DNA of 63,051 bases, the filler included, from Ministeria vibrans ATCC 50519 (lineage: Eukaryota; Protista; Filasterea): the NCBI GenBank assembly GCA_943704425.1. It is 4 parts of 4 records of this genome, joined end to end, with 100 filler letters (N's around TTAATTAATTAA, not from the genome) between each part and the next. Parts side by side here need not be neighbours in the genome. Positions count along the whole stretch, not along the records: positions 27,982 to 40,501 come from CALSCP010001251.1; positions 40,602 to 61,895 come from CALSCP010002494.1; 2 more parts are not named here. One strand, given 5' to 3'. Below, one piece after another: positions 35,281-49,600 of this stretch. The first letter of the stretch is position 1, and every line of letters begins with the position of its first letter. Made by a program: the position numbers and the translations under genes. The notes below the pieces were generated by a model, which was not told the DNA's origin, made no database searches, and was given only the letters and a program-made list of their open reading frames with translations.

Positions 35281-37592
35281 TTATGCAGAATAGTTGACAA
35301 AGTGAGAGAGGCACTCGAGGTTGTCTGGGTGAAGTTTGATGGCGTCCAGGTGGTCGGCGAAGGTGCATGTGATGAGGTAGATGCTGGTGCGCAGTGCGTC
35401 GTGGAGTGCGCGGTCGTTAGGAATCTGCGTGAGCACAAGAGACCGCTCAGCGGCCACTTGTGCCTGCAGACCCCGTCGGTCCCACCCACTCGTACCCGTG
35501 CCATTACTCTGGAAACCGCAAAAAAANNNNNNNNNNAAAAAAAAACGCCCAAACGCATTCAACGCAATGAACTAAATATGGGAAGGGGAGCGCGTACCGA
35601 TTGAGCAATGGAAGGCGGAGAGTTGATGAGATAAGGTCGGGCAAAGGAGCGAACACGGCGGAGAGCACGCAGGGCAGCCAGGAGTGAGTCCAGGGTGGAG
35701 GCCAAGTCGCGCTGCAACAGTCCAAAGTCGTCTTCCTTGAGCGAGCTGGCAACAATCGAAGAGAGAGCTATACAACACGAGCGTGTGAGAAAAGTGAATG
35801 TGCAAGTGAAGAGTCAGCGTACTCTGTGCCGCATTAATGGGCTCGTGTGCGTCGGCAAACAATTTCCAGATGGCCACAGTCGTGGGGTTCCCGGTGAGCC
35901 AGGCATGAAAGCGAAGGCGACGGGCGCGCGAGGAAGAGCGCAAACGGGCGAGACGGGCGCCACAAAAGGATCGAATGGGAGCGATAAAGCGGTAGTCAAG
36001 CCAGTGTGCCAGTGGGAGGAGCACAGAGCCAAGAGAGGGCGGTTGTTGCGTTGTGCTGGTGGTGGAAGCGTTGATGTTGTTGGTTTTATTTGGTAGGGGT
36101 GAGGACGGGGCGGGATTGCGACGAAAGACGCGCGGAGAGGAGTGCTGGGTGAGACGGCGAGGAGAGGTGGACGCAATCGATGCGTCTACTGCTGCCGCTG
36201 CTGCTGCGGAAGGTGCGGGAGCGGAAGATGCTGTGATGGTGGAGGATGCAGCGGACGGGGTGGGATTAGAGCTGAGCGAGCGCGCGCGGACACCAACGAG
36301 AACGAGTGCGTCATCAGTGAAGCGATCCAGTGCGGCACACGAGAAGCGGGCAATGGCACACCAGAGACGACGTCGATGGTCAGAGTTGGCGGCACCCGCT
36401 GCAAGGTCGCTGGGCACGGACAAAGCTGAGGGCAGTGACGACGGGGTGGTGGTGTGAAAGAGAAGCGCACGGTGGAGACGATTTTGCTCACCCGGGGCGA
36501 CGAGATGGGTGAGACGGTGAAGGGCGAGGGCTCGAAGCAGAGCACAAGGGAAGGAAGGAATGCCAGGAGGCGGGTGTGCCAGACAAATGACAGTATCGGG
36601 CAGACTCAGCGAAGTGAGAGGGCGCGTGAGGAAGAGCGAGAGCAGTCGCGCCCGAAGAAGCCAGATGAAGTGGGTCGTCAGCAGAACGGCACTCACGTGT
36701 ATGAGACTGCGCCAGTCCAAACAATCGTGCTCTACAGTTCAGCAAGAATAGAAAAAAAAACGCGTGTGACGATCGATGAGAATGAAGAGGAGTGCAGATA
36801 AGTACCGCGCACGGCCGCAAGGCGAAGAAGAGTGGCAGTGGAGTGGCGCAGGAGAAGCGTAATGAGCCCGATGTAGACGAGACAGGAGAGACGCAGGGCA
36901 GAAAACGACGCGGACACACCGTCTTGAATACACGGCAGCAAAACTGCTCGCATCTCCACAAGACGATGTTGCTAGAGACAGAAAAAAAAAACACGCACAC
37001 ACACATAGTCAGGGCACAGTTGAGTGCGGGCGGTTGAGTCGTACCCGCACAGAGGGAAAGTTCAAGACGTGTTCTCGAGCGCGAAAGAAACGCACAAGAT
37101 AAACCAAAGCTGCAAAGGGAGCACCAATAAGACACATACTTGCCCATTGCTCGACGGAGAGTGAAGTCCTAAGAACCAGAGGCAAATAAGAGAAAAGAGA
37201 GAGACGCACAAACTAACGAGAGTGTAGTTGTTGTACATGGGAAAAGAGAGAACAGCTCGTGCGTAGACAGTGGCCACGCCAATGGCACTACCGATATGGG
37301 CGAGCAGATGGTAGAGGCGAGGCGGCGTCAAGAGACGCCAGGGGCGAGCAGTGCTCGGATCGGCGACCGGATCAACAACGGAGACACACAGCAAATGAGT
37401 CGCAGTTAAGGGCAGAAGGCACGCTAAAAGCGACGCCCACACCAGCCAAAAGGCGAAAGAGAGGACGATCCAGCCTAAGGAGAGGAGGAGGGCGTGAGCA
37501 GAGCGCAGTGGCTGTGACAAGTGCGACCTGAGACGGAGGCGTGTGCGATGAGGTAGGCCGGGAGGAGGCACAGGAAGCCAGTCCACGCGCAT
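35281..37592 (-). CDS. NDC1: Transmembrane nucleoporin NDC1-like, multi-exon
   Basis: Hydrophobic N-terminal half; IVASSLKEDDFGLLQRDL and C-terminal ALRTSIYLITCTFADHLDAI resemble NDC1 LVAASFTEDRFGVVQTTL and KTAIYRITTTFGEHLNAV. Confidence 0.75.
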
Positions 37593-37946
37593 GCAGCCGT
37601 CACTCTCCACCCAATGTCGACATCCACAAACCATTTATACAGCTTTTGCGCTCGTCTACGTCCACTGATGTTTCAAAAATTTCCCTTTTTTTTTCTCTGC
37701 CGAACCTGTTTGATTCCCCAGTGATTTCGGTGTTTTTCGTGACCGCTGGTCTTCCTGGAGAACCAAACGTCCCCAGGGAGGTGAGGCGAGGGTGTTCCAT
37801 ATGAAAATATTTGAAACATTTCGATTTGTTCTAAATCGTTGTTCGTTCGACAGTCGAAACTTCAAACTACGATCAAGAAATAATTTTAAATTTTTGTTTG
37901 GTTAGAACAGGCTTGATATTGAACAGGAGCCTAGAAAGACCGGACG

Positions 37947-39276
37947 ATGGCGAAACGTGTTGTGACGCATGGCGATCAGCTCACGATGAATTTGAATACG
38001 ATGCTCTATGGGGCAATTCGAGGCAGTGCGTACTTTGCCACGGTGAAGGCGTTCACGGAATGGCAGGAGGTACGTTGATCGCACATGTCCCTGGTTACAG
38101 TAAGCCCAATCCCTGCATAATTCTTGCTATTCAAAGCGGGTTTTCGTTTTTTTTTTTTTTTTTTTTGAAATGAAACGTCGGTTGAACGCGTTTGATTGGG
38201 GCGACAGACTGCTCCGTTGCCGGTTCGACGAGAAGCACTTGTGTATACGGGGGATGTTGCGGCTGCGTCTGCGTGGCGTAGTGCGGTGTTTTGCACTGCC
38301 GAACGATTCAAAAAGAAACGTCTCTGACATTCTGTCGACGTTCTTCACATAGATTGTGGACGAAATCTACAACCAAGTGGACCACGTCGAGCCCTTCACA
38401 CCCAAGAACCCCGGCGTGCCCTCGTCGGCCTTTTGTCTTTTGTTGCGTCTCTTTCAGCTGAAACCCACAGAGAACCAAATGTACAACATGCTCACGCACG
38501 GCGACTCAGTCTACATCCGGTACCACACACAGCCCCGCCGATCGACTCCCACTCACATACCACCAACGCCTAGGGCCACTGCGTTTCTCTACTTGCGCTA
38601 CTGCGCACCGCCGGCCACGCTCTTCGCCTGGTTTGAAGAGTTTCTTGACGACGACGAGCCGATTCGTCTTAAGTGGGGCGCACAACAGCCAAGCGTTCCC
38701 GTGGGGCAGTTTGTGCGCGAACTACTGACGGAAAATCGCTTTTTGGGAACCATTCTTCCGCGTATTCCCGTTCCCATTGCGAAAGACCTTGATGCGAAGC
38801 TCAAGGCGCACAAGAGCGCGTTGACGTTGGTCGCCGGTGCGAGCAACGCGGATGCGTCCACTGCGCCTGTCGCAGCCGGTCTGGTCGCCCCGCCAGCGTC
38901 GCACCGTGCCAAAGGAAAAGGAAGAGAGCGACCTAGGGAGCGCGACGACGGGGGTCGATACGACCGATACGACAGCGAGCGACGACACGATGTCGACCAC
39001 TATCGCGACAGAGACAGGGACAGAGACAGCGACAGAGATAGAGATAGAGATAGAGACAGAGACAGAGACAGAGACAGCAGAGAGCGAGAGCGAGAGCGAG
39101 ATCGGGGTTGGGATCGAGGGCGGTATGAAAGTGAGCGACGGCGCGAGGGAGAACCCTACCGAGGGCGGGAGCGCGAGAGGGAGCGCGACCGAGGCCGAGA
39201 CCGAGATCGAGAAAGGACAAGGGAACGCGATGAGCCACGATACAGCCGAGACCGCTACCAGGTCGACCGACGCTGA
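37947..39276 (+). CDS. PRPF38B: Pre-mRNA splicing factor PRP38B-like with RD/RE-rich tail
   Basis: TMNLNTML...SAYF...WQE|IVDEIYNQVDHVEP, VPSSAFCLLLRLF, FLYLRY, FLGTILPRIPVPI, then RD/RE dipeptide repeats. Confidence 0.9.
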
Positions 39277-40248
39277 ACACTCACTCGTCTCTCTGGGTAA
39301 GTTTTTTTTACGAGCGTATACATGTATGTATGTGCGTGTGTGTGAGTGTGAGTGTGAGTGAGTGTGTGTGTGCGAGAGTGTGAAAATGTGTTTGTGGTGT
39401 GCGCTCGCCCTCTCTCGTTTTTGTCTTGCAGGCCACTCTCTCCACTCTTTTCTACGTTCGTCCTCTGAAAGGCAAACTTCCAAAACCTAAAACGCGTTTC
39501 TGTGTCACCCTCACTCTTAAGCCTGACTATGTTAGTGTTCCTTTCACTCATCAATCATTGTTTATTTTTTTTAGGTACACCCAAAAAAATTCTTCGTTCA
39601 ATACAAACTCTTTAGTATATTTTAATAACATAATTTTTAGTATTACTATTAATTTGAGAGTTTATCGTTTATTCTACGTCTTTTGCGTTGTAACTGTATC
39701 ATTAATACCATGGTCCGAATCTTCTTCTTCTACCTACCTTACAATATCCAAGTAGTCAAGTTCAATATCACCCAAGAAAATTCCGAATTGTGGGAGATCT
39801 TTAGAAGTTGGCACTCGAAACGGTCAAAGGCAATGCGATGCAGTCCAAAACACAGTTCAAATCAGTCACTCACTCATTCTCACTATTCACAAATCTTACA
39901 GTCTGATACTCCATAAGGGACATTATTAAGGGTCAGGCTTCAGAGCTCAGAGTCCAGTGACAGGTGACTGAGCCCGTGAGGCCGTGACTGAGTGATGACT
40001 CCCGTCTAGTCAATCCACAATTGAGTATTGAGTCCAGTGGTGATCTCGCCGACTAGAAGTAGAAATTTCGAAAAAGGAGAAGAAAAAAAATCATCGAAAT
40101 TTCTGGAAAGAATTTCTAGTCGACTATAAGGGATACCCACTGGACACTGGTATTGACTCTTCACTCTTATTGTTTCCTTTCTGCCGAATTAGTAGACGTA
40201 ACTTGACTTTCATACGCGACAGCTTTATTTGGGGCGAATCGAGCAAGC

Positions 40249-40501
40249 ATGGAGAAGGAGATCGAACGGACGAAAGGTTCGCTGTCTCTCTGACCCCCTC
40301 AACCAACAGCGTCTTTCGTTCATTCGCGCTCGACATGGGGAACGCATTAGCGCCATGACAGTAATGCGTGGCCTTGCGGTTTTAGCCTTATTATACCTCT
40401 TTGGCCCTTGAGCGCGTTTTTGTTTTTGTTTCTCTATCAGGGGCCATTGAGCAACAGGCGGCCGATATCGCTCAGCTGCAGCGCACCATCGGGGCCTTGG
40501 A
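40249..40501 (+). CDS. Possible 5' end of a coiled-coil protein gene (truncated)
   Basis: ATG exon MEKEIERTK, donor G|GTTCGC, acceptor TATCAG at 40440, then GAIEQQAADIAQLQRTIGAL. Confidence 0.4.
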
Positions 40502-40601
40502 NNNNNNNNNNNNNNNNNNNNNNNNNNNNNNNNNNNNNNNNNNNNTTAATTAATTAANNNNNNNNNNNNNNNNNNNNNNNNNNNNNNNNNNNNNNNNNNN
40601 N
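40502..40601. other. Artificial contig-joining spacer
   Basis: N44-TTAATTAATTAA-N44. Confidence 0.97.
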
Positions 40602-43600
40602 CTGACACTCAATGGTAATGTGACAGCGCGTGCAAGTTCGGCCACCGGCGGTATTGCCGGCGGCGGTTCCGGCGGCAGTGTTCAACTTGAATGCAACTCA
40701 ATGAGCGGTAACGGTTTTGTTCACGCCGACGGAGGCAACGGTCGCGGCACGTCGACCAGCAATTGCGGTGCGGGTGGTGCAGGTGGCCGTGTGGCGCTTT
40801 TCTTCCACAACTCGACCTTTGACGGTGAGGTGACAGCGCTCGGTGGTCTTGCGTCGCACACGAGTTGCTCATTGGGTGGGCCGGGCACTGTGTACACACA
40901 GAATGTAGGCACACTCTACTCGACTTTGACCATTGACGGTGGTGGCATTGCACCGCCCGAGTCTGTCATTACGTCGTACTCGTCGCTTGATGTGGACGCG
41001 TCGCGTGCATGGCTCCACCCCGATGCGGGAGTGACCTCATACTCCTTTGACAAGGTGACGATTTCGCGCGAGGGACACCTTGCAGTACAGGCGCCAACCA
41101 CCTCGACGCCTATTGGAATCGTTATTCGCTCGTTGGGCGGTGACCGCACGGGCCGTTTCCATACGGGCCCGCTGCAGACGCTGGACTTCCAGTTTGCCGC
41201 CGGCACCGCACCCGATCTTCTCTTTGGTGTCAACGTGTTTGCGCGCGCTCGTGTCATCCTGCCCACGCAGCTCGACCTCAAGGGTGTGACCATGAACGTG
41301 GCGGGCCAGCTCAGTGGTGCGCAAAACATCTCGGTTGGTTCTGGCGCGGAGCTGCAGTTGCGTCAGCTTACCGCACCCGACGGGTCGACCTCGCGTATTA
41401 TCACCTTTGACGTGTTGTACGTTCTTGGCGGTGGCACTGTCTCCGTGGAGAGTGATGCTACAGGTCTGACGCTTACTGGTACCGAGCTGACAGTGAACGG
41501 TGGCGGTGTGTTTACTGGCGATCGTTTGACGGTCAACGTGAATGCATTCACCGTTGGCGAGTCGGGTTTGTTTGACTTGAGTGGCGGCGCCAGTGTCAAC
41601 GGCGCTGGCAGTGGTCCCGGTTCGAGTGCCGGTTCGGGTGCGGGCCACGGCGGACGTGGCGGCGCTTCGAGCAGCGGCGGCACGACGGGTCAGACAACGG
41701 GTGCCTTCTATGGCGATGTGGTGAACCCGCAAGACTTTGGATCGCAAGGTGGCAACACAGGCGGTGAGGGTGGTGGCGTGCTGCGCCTTGCAGCGGCCGA
41801 TACCGTCACTGTGGATGGTTCTATTCTTGTCAATGGCGCAGCACCCACGTCGACCGGCGGTGGAGGTAGCGGCGGCTCGCTCTGGGTCACGACCAATGTG
41901 TTTGCGGGCAACGGCAAGGTGTCCGTAGCAGGTGGTGACGGCACGTCGACCGGCGGCGGTGGCGCTGGTGGACGTCTCTCGATCATTTACGCGTCGTCGT
42001 CGTACACGGGTAACCTGACGGCGGCCGGCGGAAACTGGGGCACGAGCAACTCGTTCAAGGAGGCTGGCGCGTGCGGCACAATTTACTTGCAGGACACGAC
42101 CGCGAGCACCAAGGTGTTGCAAATCGACAACAATGGTCGTACGCCGCGTACGCCCTCGATTGCGTCGTACGCTGACACGAGTCAGGATTCAGCACGCACC
42201 TGGCTGCCATACACGGCCGCTGGCTACACCTTTGATACCTTGACCATCTTGGGTGGAGCGCAGCTTGCGATTGGCAACAATCCCACGACAACATTGATGA
42301 CGGCGACTATTGCCAAGCTTGTATCGGACCGCTCGACCAAGGTTCACGTTGGCGCCTACCAGCGTCTCAAGGTCACGTCGACCGATGTCAATGTGCCCTT
42401 CCTTCCCGAAGTGTACCTGGATGGTGAACTTGAATTGCCGTCGACTGTGATTTTCAGCTCTGTATCGTGGACCCTGCGCGGTCGACTCTTTGGCGCATCG
42501 TCGCTGACGCTCAGTAGCAGCACAATGACTGTGACAGAGACGGCGAGCAAGGGTGCTAACCCTGCGGGCACATTTACGTTTACGGACGTAACGGTGCGTT
42601 CGGGCGGTATCCTGTCAATGGTTGCAACGGCCACCGAACAAAAACTCACCGTGTCAGGTGCGCTCGCTATTAATGGCGGTGGCCTAATCCTGTCGCAGAA
42701 CCTGACGGTGACCGCTAACAAGCTCAACATTGATGTGGGTGGCGAACTGACCACCACTGGTCAGGGTCTCACCGCGGGTGTGGGACTTGGCGCGGGTCGT
42801 TCGGGTGGCAGTCACGCGGGACGTGGTGGGTGCGCAAACTCGTGCTCTGCCAAGGGTCAGGTATACGGCTACCTCTTTGGACCGTACACGTCAGGCAGTG
42901 GCGGTAGTGGTGGAGCTGGTGGCGGACGATTGCGTCTTATCATCTCCACTTCTATTACCAACTACGGTACTATCTCGTGTGATGGACACAGCACAAACAA
43001 CATCGCAGGCTCGGGTGCTGGCGGTTCTGTGTACATCACAACGCCCTCTGTTCTGGGTGTGGGTGTTATTTCGGCTAATGGTGGTGCGTCCACGACCGGC
43101 GGCGGCGGCGGCGGCGGTTACGTGACTCTTGAGTACACGGGGACTTTGAGTGGAGCTCAGTCGCTTCAGTCGCGCGGTGGTGCCGGTAACGAGTACGGCG
43201 GGCCCGGTCTGGTGTACTTGCGTCATCTCGCTGCGGGTGTGCTGACACGCTCGCTTATTGTCGACAACGACGGGCACGCGCCGCAAACGTCTGTGATCAC
43301 TGGAGATTACACATCGCTGACGACGGACGCAGCACGTGCGTGGCTCCAGCCAGAGTCGCTCACGGATGCCTACGTGTTTGATGTGCTCGAGCTGCGCAAT
43401 CAGGCTCAGCTCGCCTTTGTCGGTGCGAATCATTTGGTGGATCGTGTTACTTTGACTGCCACCAAGGTTGTCGGAGATGGCACGGGACGACTCCACTGTG
43501 GTCCCATCCAAACGTGCAGCCTGGNNNNNNNNNNNNNNNNNNNNNNNNNNNNNNNNNNNNNNNNNNNNNNNNNNNNNNNNNNNNNNNNNNNNNNNNNNNN

Positions 43601-46600
43601 NNNNNNNNNNNNNNNNNNNNNNNNNNNNNNNNNNNNNNNNNNNNNNNNNNNNNNNNNNNNNNNNNNNNNNNNNNNNNNNNNNNNNNNNNNNNNNNNNNNN
43701 NNNNNNNNNNNNNNNNNNNNNNNNNNNNNNNNNNNNNNNNNNNNNNNNNNNNNNNNNNNNNNNNNNNNNNNNNNNNNNNNNNNNNNNNNNNNNNNNNNNN
43801 NNNNNNNNNNNNNNNNNNNNNNNNNNNNNNNNNNNNNNNNNNNNNNNNNNNNNNNNNNNNNNNNNNNNNNNNNNNNNNNNNNNNNNNNNNNNNNNNNNNN
43901 NNNNNCATTCAACGACACGATCATTACGGGAGGGGTATGTCCCACTAGCAGCGAGCTGTATCTCAAGGGTGCGACATGCACTCTCGCGGCCGGTACGCAC
44001 ACGTACACCAGCATCATCATTGAGTCCGGCTCGACCATCAACGTGCAGTACTCAGCGGTCACGATCAACCAGCTGAACGTGGGCACCCTTCAGGTGCGTG
44101 CGGGAGGTGCCATTCGTTGCAGTGGTGTTGCCAATGCGGCGGGCTCGGGGACGTCAACGTCGGGTCAGCATGGCGGCGGTCACGGCGGTCCTGGTGGCTC
44201 AGCTTCGAGCGGCGCCTACGACGGTGCCACGCAGTACGGCAGCTTGTCGGCACCAATGGATGCAGGTTCGCCCGGAAACAACGGCGCCTCCACCGCCCGT
44301 GCCGGCGGCGGTCAACTGTACATTGTGGCCACCACCAAGGTGACAATTGACGGAACGGTGGCGGCCGCTGCCGGTACCAATGGCACCGGTGGTGGTGGTT
44401 CGGGCGGAAGTGTTCGCATTGCCACTCCCATCTTTGACGGAATGGGTACGGTGGACGTACGCGGAGGAGCCGGTAGCTCTTCGTCGTACGGTGGTGGTGC
44501 CGGTGGCCGCATTGGTGTGTCCGCCGCAACCTCGAATACCTTTGGGGGCGTGTACCAGGCCTACGGTGGTTCATCTTCGTCGGGCGAGGATGGTGCCGCT
44601 GGTACCGTCTATGTTGTGACGCAGTCGGGTACACCCGAGATCATCCTTGATAACCTTGGCTCATCAGGCTCGCAGGCGTACGCGGCGCTGCCTGATGGTA
44701 CCTACGCTCAGCTGACGGTGCGCAACGGCGCTCGATTTGCCATGGCTTCCTCGGCACTAACCGTCTCGTCGTTGACCATTGATGCCACGTCGTGGCTCGT
44801 CTCCAATGGCGCTAGTCAAGCACCCACCGTCACGGCTATTACCAACAGTGTTCTGAATGGTCCGCTTCTGATTACCGCAGGCGCGACCCTCAATTTGCCT
44901 GTTTCGCTCACCCTAACTAACACGGGGACAACCGAAACAACCGGTATGGCGCTCGACTTGCGTGGTTCCCTCGGCGGAGTCTCAACTCTGATTACGGGAG
45001 CGTCGACAACGCTGCAGATTGACCCGACAACAGCTGTTAGCGGTAGTCTTGCGGACCTCTCGATTGGCTCGCTGGGTTTCATCAAGCTGCGCGGTACCAC
45101 GGATGGTGTGATTTCGACGTCGGCGTCGCTCTCACTTGGGGCCGGTGCTCAGATTGTGGGACGCAATCTGACGATTACGACGGGCGCGCTGACTATTGCG
45201 GCTGGTGCCAAGATTGACGTGAGTGAGTCGGCCGTCAACGGCGTGGGCGCGGGTGGCCCCAGCTCCGGCGGTGCTTTTGGTGGATTCGCTGGTGGCGTGT
45301 CGGGCGGCTCGCCCTACGGTGCCTTTGCACGTCCCCTCAGTTTTGGTTCGGGTGGCGGTGGCGGCTCGCAACAAGCGGGTGGTCTCTTGACCGTTATTGC
45401 TTCGGGTGCGCTGGTGCTTGACGGTCAGCTGCTTGCCGACGGCAAGACCAGCTCGTCCGGCGGCGGCTCGGGTGGTGGAATTTACATCGAGTCGGCGAGT
45501 CTCTCAGGNNNNNNNNNNNNNNNNNNNNNNNNNNNNNNNNNNNNNNNNNNNNNNNNNNNNNNNNNNNNNNNNNNNNNNNNNNNNNNNNNNNNNNNNNNNN
45601 NNNNNNNNNNNNNNNNNNNNNNNNNNNNNNNNNNNNNNNNNNNNNNNNNNNNNNNNNNNNNNNNNNNNNNNNNNNNNNNNNNNNNNNNNNNNNNNNNNNN
45701 NNNNNNNNNNNNNNNNNNNNNNNNNNNNNNNNNNNNNGCGACCACGCTGGGAACGCCCATCCTGATGGCGACGGAGACTGTCGATTTGCCCAGCCTCGAG
45801 CTCAAGGGACGTGCCAGTGTCGAGTTTGACAGTGGTTCGTTTGCCTCGCCTGTAGTAGAGATTCGATCAATCATTGGCGACTTGACTGGACGCGTACGTG
45901 TTAAGGCTGGTCAGTTTATCAAGATTGCGCTTGGACACACGTTGTCGCGACCGTACATTGTGCCCTGTTCGGTGACTGTCGATGCCAATGGCTTTGTGGA
46001 GTTCCCTTCACGTGTGCTCATCACCGAGACACCCACACCAAGTCTGCAGGTCGACGGCGGCATTCGTGGTGCCGCCTCCTTCTTTGTTGGCGCCGGTGCG
46101 GAGGTGTTCTTCTCGCCGACGGGCCGCACGGCGCCGACTGGCGTGAGTGGAACGGCAAGCATTTACGATTTCCTGGCACTCACTGTGCTGAGCGATGGTA
46201 AACTCGAACTGACGAACACGCCGACGGACACGCAGGCAACGCTGCTGGCTGTCAACTTGGACGTGCGTTTTGGCGGCATCATCTCGTCCGGCAACCTCAA
46301 GGTGAAGACGACCAACTCGCTTAACATTGCATTCAGCGGCAAGATTTCGGCAGACAAGCTTGGACCTGCTGCCGGTGTGGGCACGGGTTCGCCCACAACG
46401 AATGGTGTGGGAGCGAGTCATGGTGGTCGCGGTGGTGGTACGGAAGCTCAGTCGCAGACTCAGTACGGCACGTTGTACGCACCAGTCACGTTTGGCAGTG
46501 GCGGACGCGGATCGGGTGCCGGTGCGGGAGGTGGCGCGCTTCTCATTGAGGCGTTGTCGGGTACGCTCGCACTCAACGGTGAGGTGACGGCAAACGCAGG

Positions 46601-49600
46601 TCCGGGAACGAGCAGCAGCAGCGGCGGTGGCTCAGGCGGCAGTGTTTACATCAAGGCGTTTACGTTCTCCGGTATTGGATCTGTGACGGCCAATGGTGGC
46701 GCTGGTGTTGGTTCGTCGAGCAGCGGCGGCGCTGGTGGCCGTGTTGCCGTCGTCGTTCAATTTGGTGGCTCCGCCACCTTTGCGGGCACCTACTCGACTG
46801 TAGGCGGTGCTGCTGGAACGTCGGGCACTCCCGGTACGTCAGGCACTGTGTACGTGCAGGAAGTTATCTCGGGCGCGACTTTCCGTCGCCTGACCGTTGA
46901 CAATGGTGGGCTTGTCTCGCCTTTGGCAACCATGCTGCAGGAGACCTCGTACAACTTTGATGAGCTCACGCTCAATGGTGACGCCAAGCTGAAGATTCAC
47001 GATGGCACCTCGTCAAGCGTGCAGCTTGTGGTTGCCAAGTTGTTTGGTGATGCGTCTGGCATTATTTATGTGCACGACAACATGGAGTGCTTTATGGAGT
47101 ATAGCGAGACAACCAGCATTGCGACCAAGGCACCGGCGAGCTTTGTGGTTGCAGAGCTCGGCGAAATCCTGTTCCCTACGACGGTCACCATTACGGGCTC
47201 GGCCAATGTGTTTGCGGGTCGCCTCACGGGCATTTCGACGCTGATTATTTCGCGCAACCAAGCGGTGCAGTTTGCGGCGACGGGACATACGGCACGCCGA
47301 TCATTTGGTGTGTCAACGCCTACCGGAAGCCAGTTTGATTTCAGTTTCCTGACCATTGAGAACAACGGGCGTGTGACGTTCCTCAGTACGGGCGCGTCAC
47401 CTGTTGCGCTTGCTGCTTCGACGCTCACCATTGAGTATGATGCGCAGCTCATTTGCAAGCGCATTTCCATCTCAGGTTCCGACATGTTTGTCCAATCGGG
47501 CGGTTTCATCAACCTGATTGCGGGCGGCAATGCGGCCGGTGTTGGTACTGGCGCCGGCGTTTTGTCGGGTGGCGTGGGCTCTGGTGCGGGCTATGCTGGT
47601 CTGGGCGGTACTGTAGGTAGCGCTACGGGAGGCGCTTCGTATGATCAGTACAACGCCCCGACGATGGCCGGTAGCGGTGGTGGTGGCACCACTGGTGGTG
47701 CTGGTGGCGGTTCGGTCCTGATCTTTGTGCGTCGTGCCAACATTGACGGAATTGTGGATGTGTCTGGTGCCGCGGCAAGCTCAGGCAACAACGGCGGTGG
47801 CAGCGGTGGCTCCTTCCAATTTGATGGTGCGTCGCTCACTGGTGTGGGTAGCATCATTGCGGACGGCGGCAGTGGCAGCGGCGTGGGCGGCGGTGGTTCG
47901 GGTGGCCGCGTTGCTATCATTCTGGAGAACCCCTCTCTGTTTGTGGGCATTCTGCAGGCAAAGGGTGGCGCCTCGTCGAGCACTGAGGGTCAGGGTGCCG
48001 CGGGAACGGTGTATATTGAGGACCAGACGAGCACGATCCTGCGTAAGCGTCTCATCGTCAAGTGCGAACTTGTGTACTGTGCGTGGACCGAGGTAAATGT
48101 GCCGGCCGCGACGGATGCCAAGCTGAGCATTTCGCAACTGACGCTCACCGAGAATGCTCGCATGCGCACGCAAGATGCGGGCACGGGCAACATCATTCAG
48201 ATCGACGAGTTTGTCGGTGATAACACCGGCACACTTATTGTGCAGGATGGTCAGTCGCTGCGCGCCGAGTTTGTCGAGTCGCAGGAGACGTCGCTAACCA
48301 CCTCGGTGAACATTGAGGTGGTCGCGACTGCCGAGGTTGTGTTCCCGTCGACACTGACAGTCGAAGGCACTTCGCTTGTGATCGAGGGTTTGCTTGTGAA
48401 TGTTCAGTCGCTGACCATTGCCGAGGGAGGCACGGTGAAGCTGGGTGCTGCGGCGCGCACCACTGTCATTGAGAGTGGTGTTCGCGCGACTGAAAGTGCA
48501 CCGGGCACGAACTCATTTGGCGCGCTTATTGTCAAGGGAGGAAGCTCTGTGGAGATTGTGGGTGGTTTCACAACGACAGTCGCCCTGTTTGAAGTGAAGA
48601 ACCAGGCGACCTTGTCGGCCGATTTCTTCAAGATTGGAGCCAACTCGATGGTGTTGGAGCGTGGTGCTGTCATCGACGCATCGGCACGAAGTTTTCTCGC
48701 CACAGGCGCAGGTGTTGGCTCGACTTCGGGCGGTTCGGGTGGTGGTCACGCGTCAGTTGGCGGCGCTGGCAATGGCTCTTCCACCGGCGGTGCCTTTTTC
48801 GACTCGTACGCGAAACCCCTGCTTGCGGGCAGTCCCGGTGGCACCGGCAGCGGCTCGACGACGGGCGGCCTGGGGGGCGGTTACTTCAACCTGAAGACCA
48901 CCAGGGTGTTCTTCTGCGACGGTGAAATGAAAATGAACGGAGGCGCGGGCTCATCCTATTCGGGTGGCGGCTCGGGTGGCAGCATTTACGTGGAAGCGCT
49001 GGCTATGGAGGGTTCCGGTGTGCTCAGTGCGGCCGGTGGCAATGGTGGTGGTCTTAACGCCGGTGCCGGTTCGGGTGGTCGCATTGCTATTGTGACCTCG
49101 ACGCAGAACACCTTCTCGGGCTCGTACGTTGTGTCGGGAGGTACCGCCAGCACTGGCCATCATGGTGGACCGGGCACCACCTACCTGCAGGACGTGCGCA
49201 ACCAGGTCGCCTACAAGCAGCTGTTCATTGACAATGACAACCGACCGCTGTCGCAGATTGTGTCGCTCCACGAGGATGGCGTAACCTCGTACGACTTCGA
49301 TGTGATCTCGCTGAAGCGACAGGCGTCGTTGGAATTGTACAGTTCGGGTACGGGCACGAACCTTGAGGTCCACTCCATGGTGGGCGACAACACCGGTCTG
49401 CTGTGGGTGCACGCAAACCAGACCTTTACCATTGAAATTGTGCCGTCGGTTGTGACCACAACCAAGCTGCCGTGCAACCTGGAGCTCGACGAGTTTGCNN
49501 NNNNNNNNNNNNNNNNNNNNNNNNNNNNNNNNNNNNNNNNNNNNNNNNNNNNNNNNNNNNNNNNNNNNNNNNNNNNNNNNNNNNNNNNNNNNNNNNNNNN

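Noticed and set aside
39940-40045. Repeated GAGTCCAGTG / GTGACTGAG words as transposon termini
   Set aside because: Short and imperfect, with no terminal inverted repeats, target duplication or transposase nearby.
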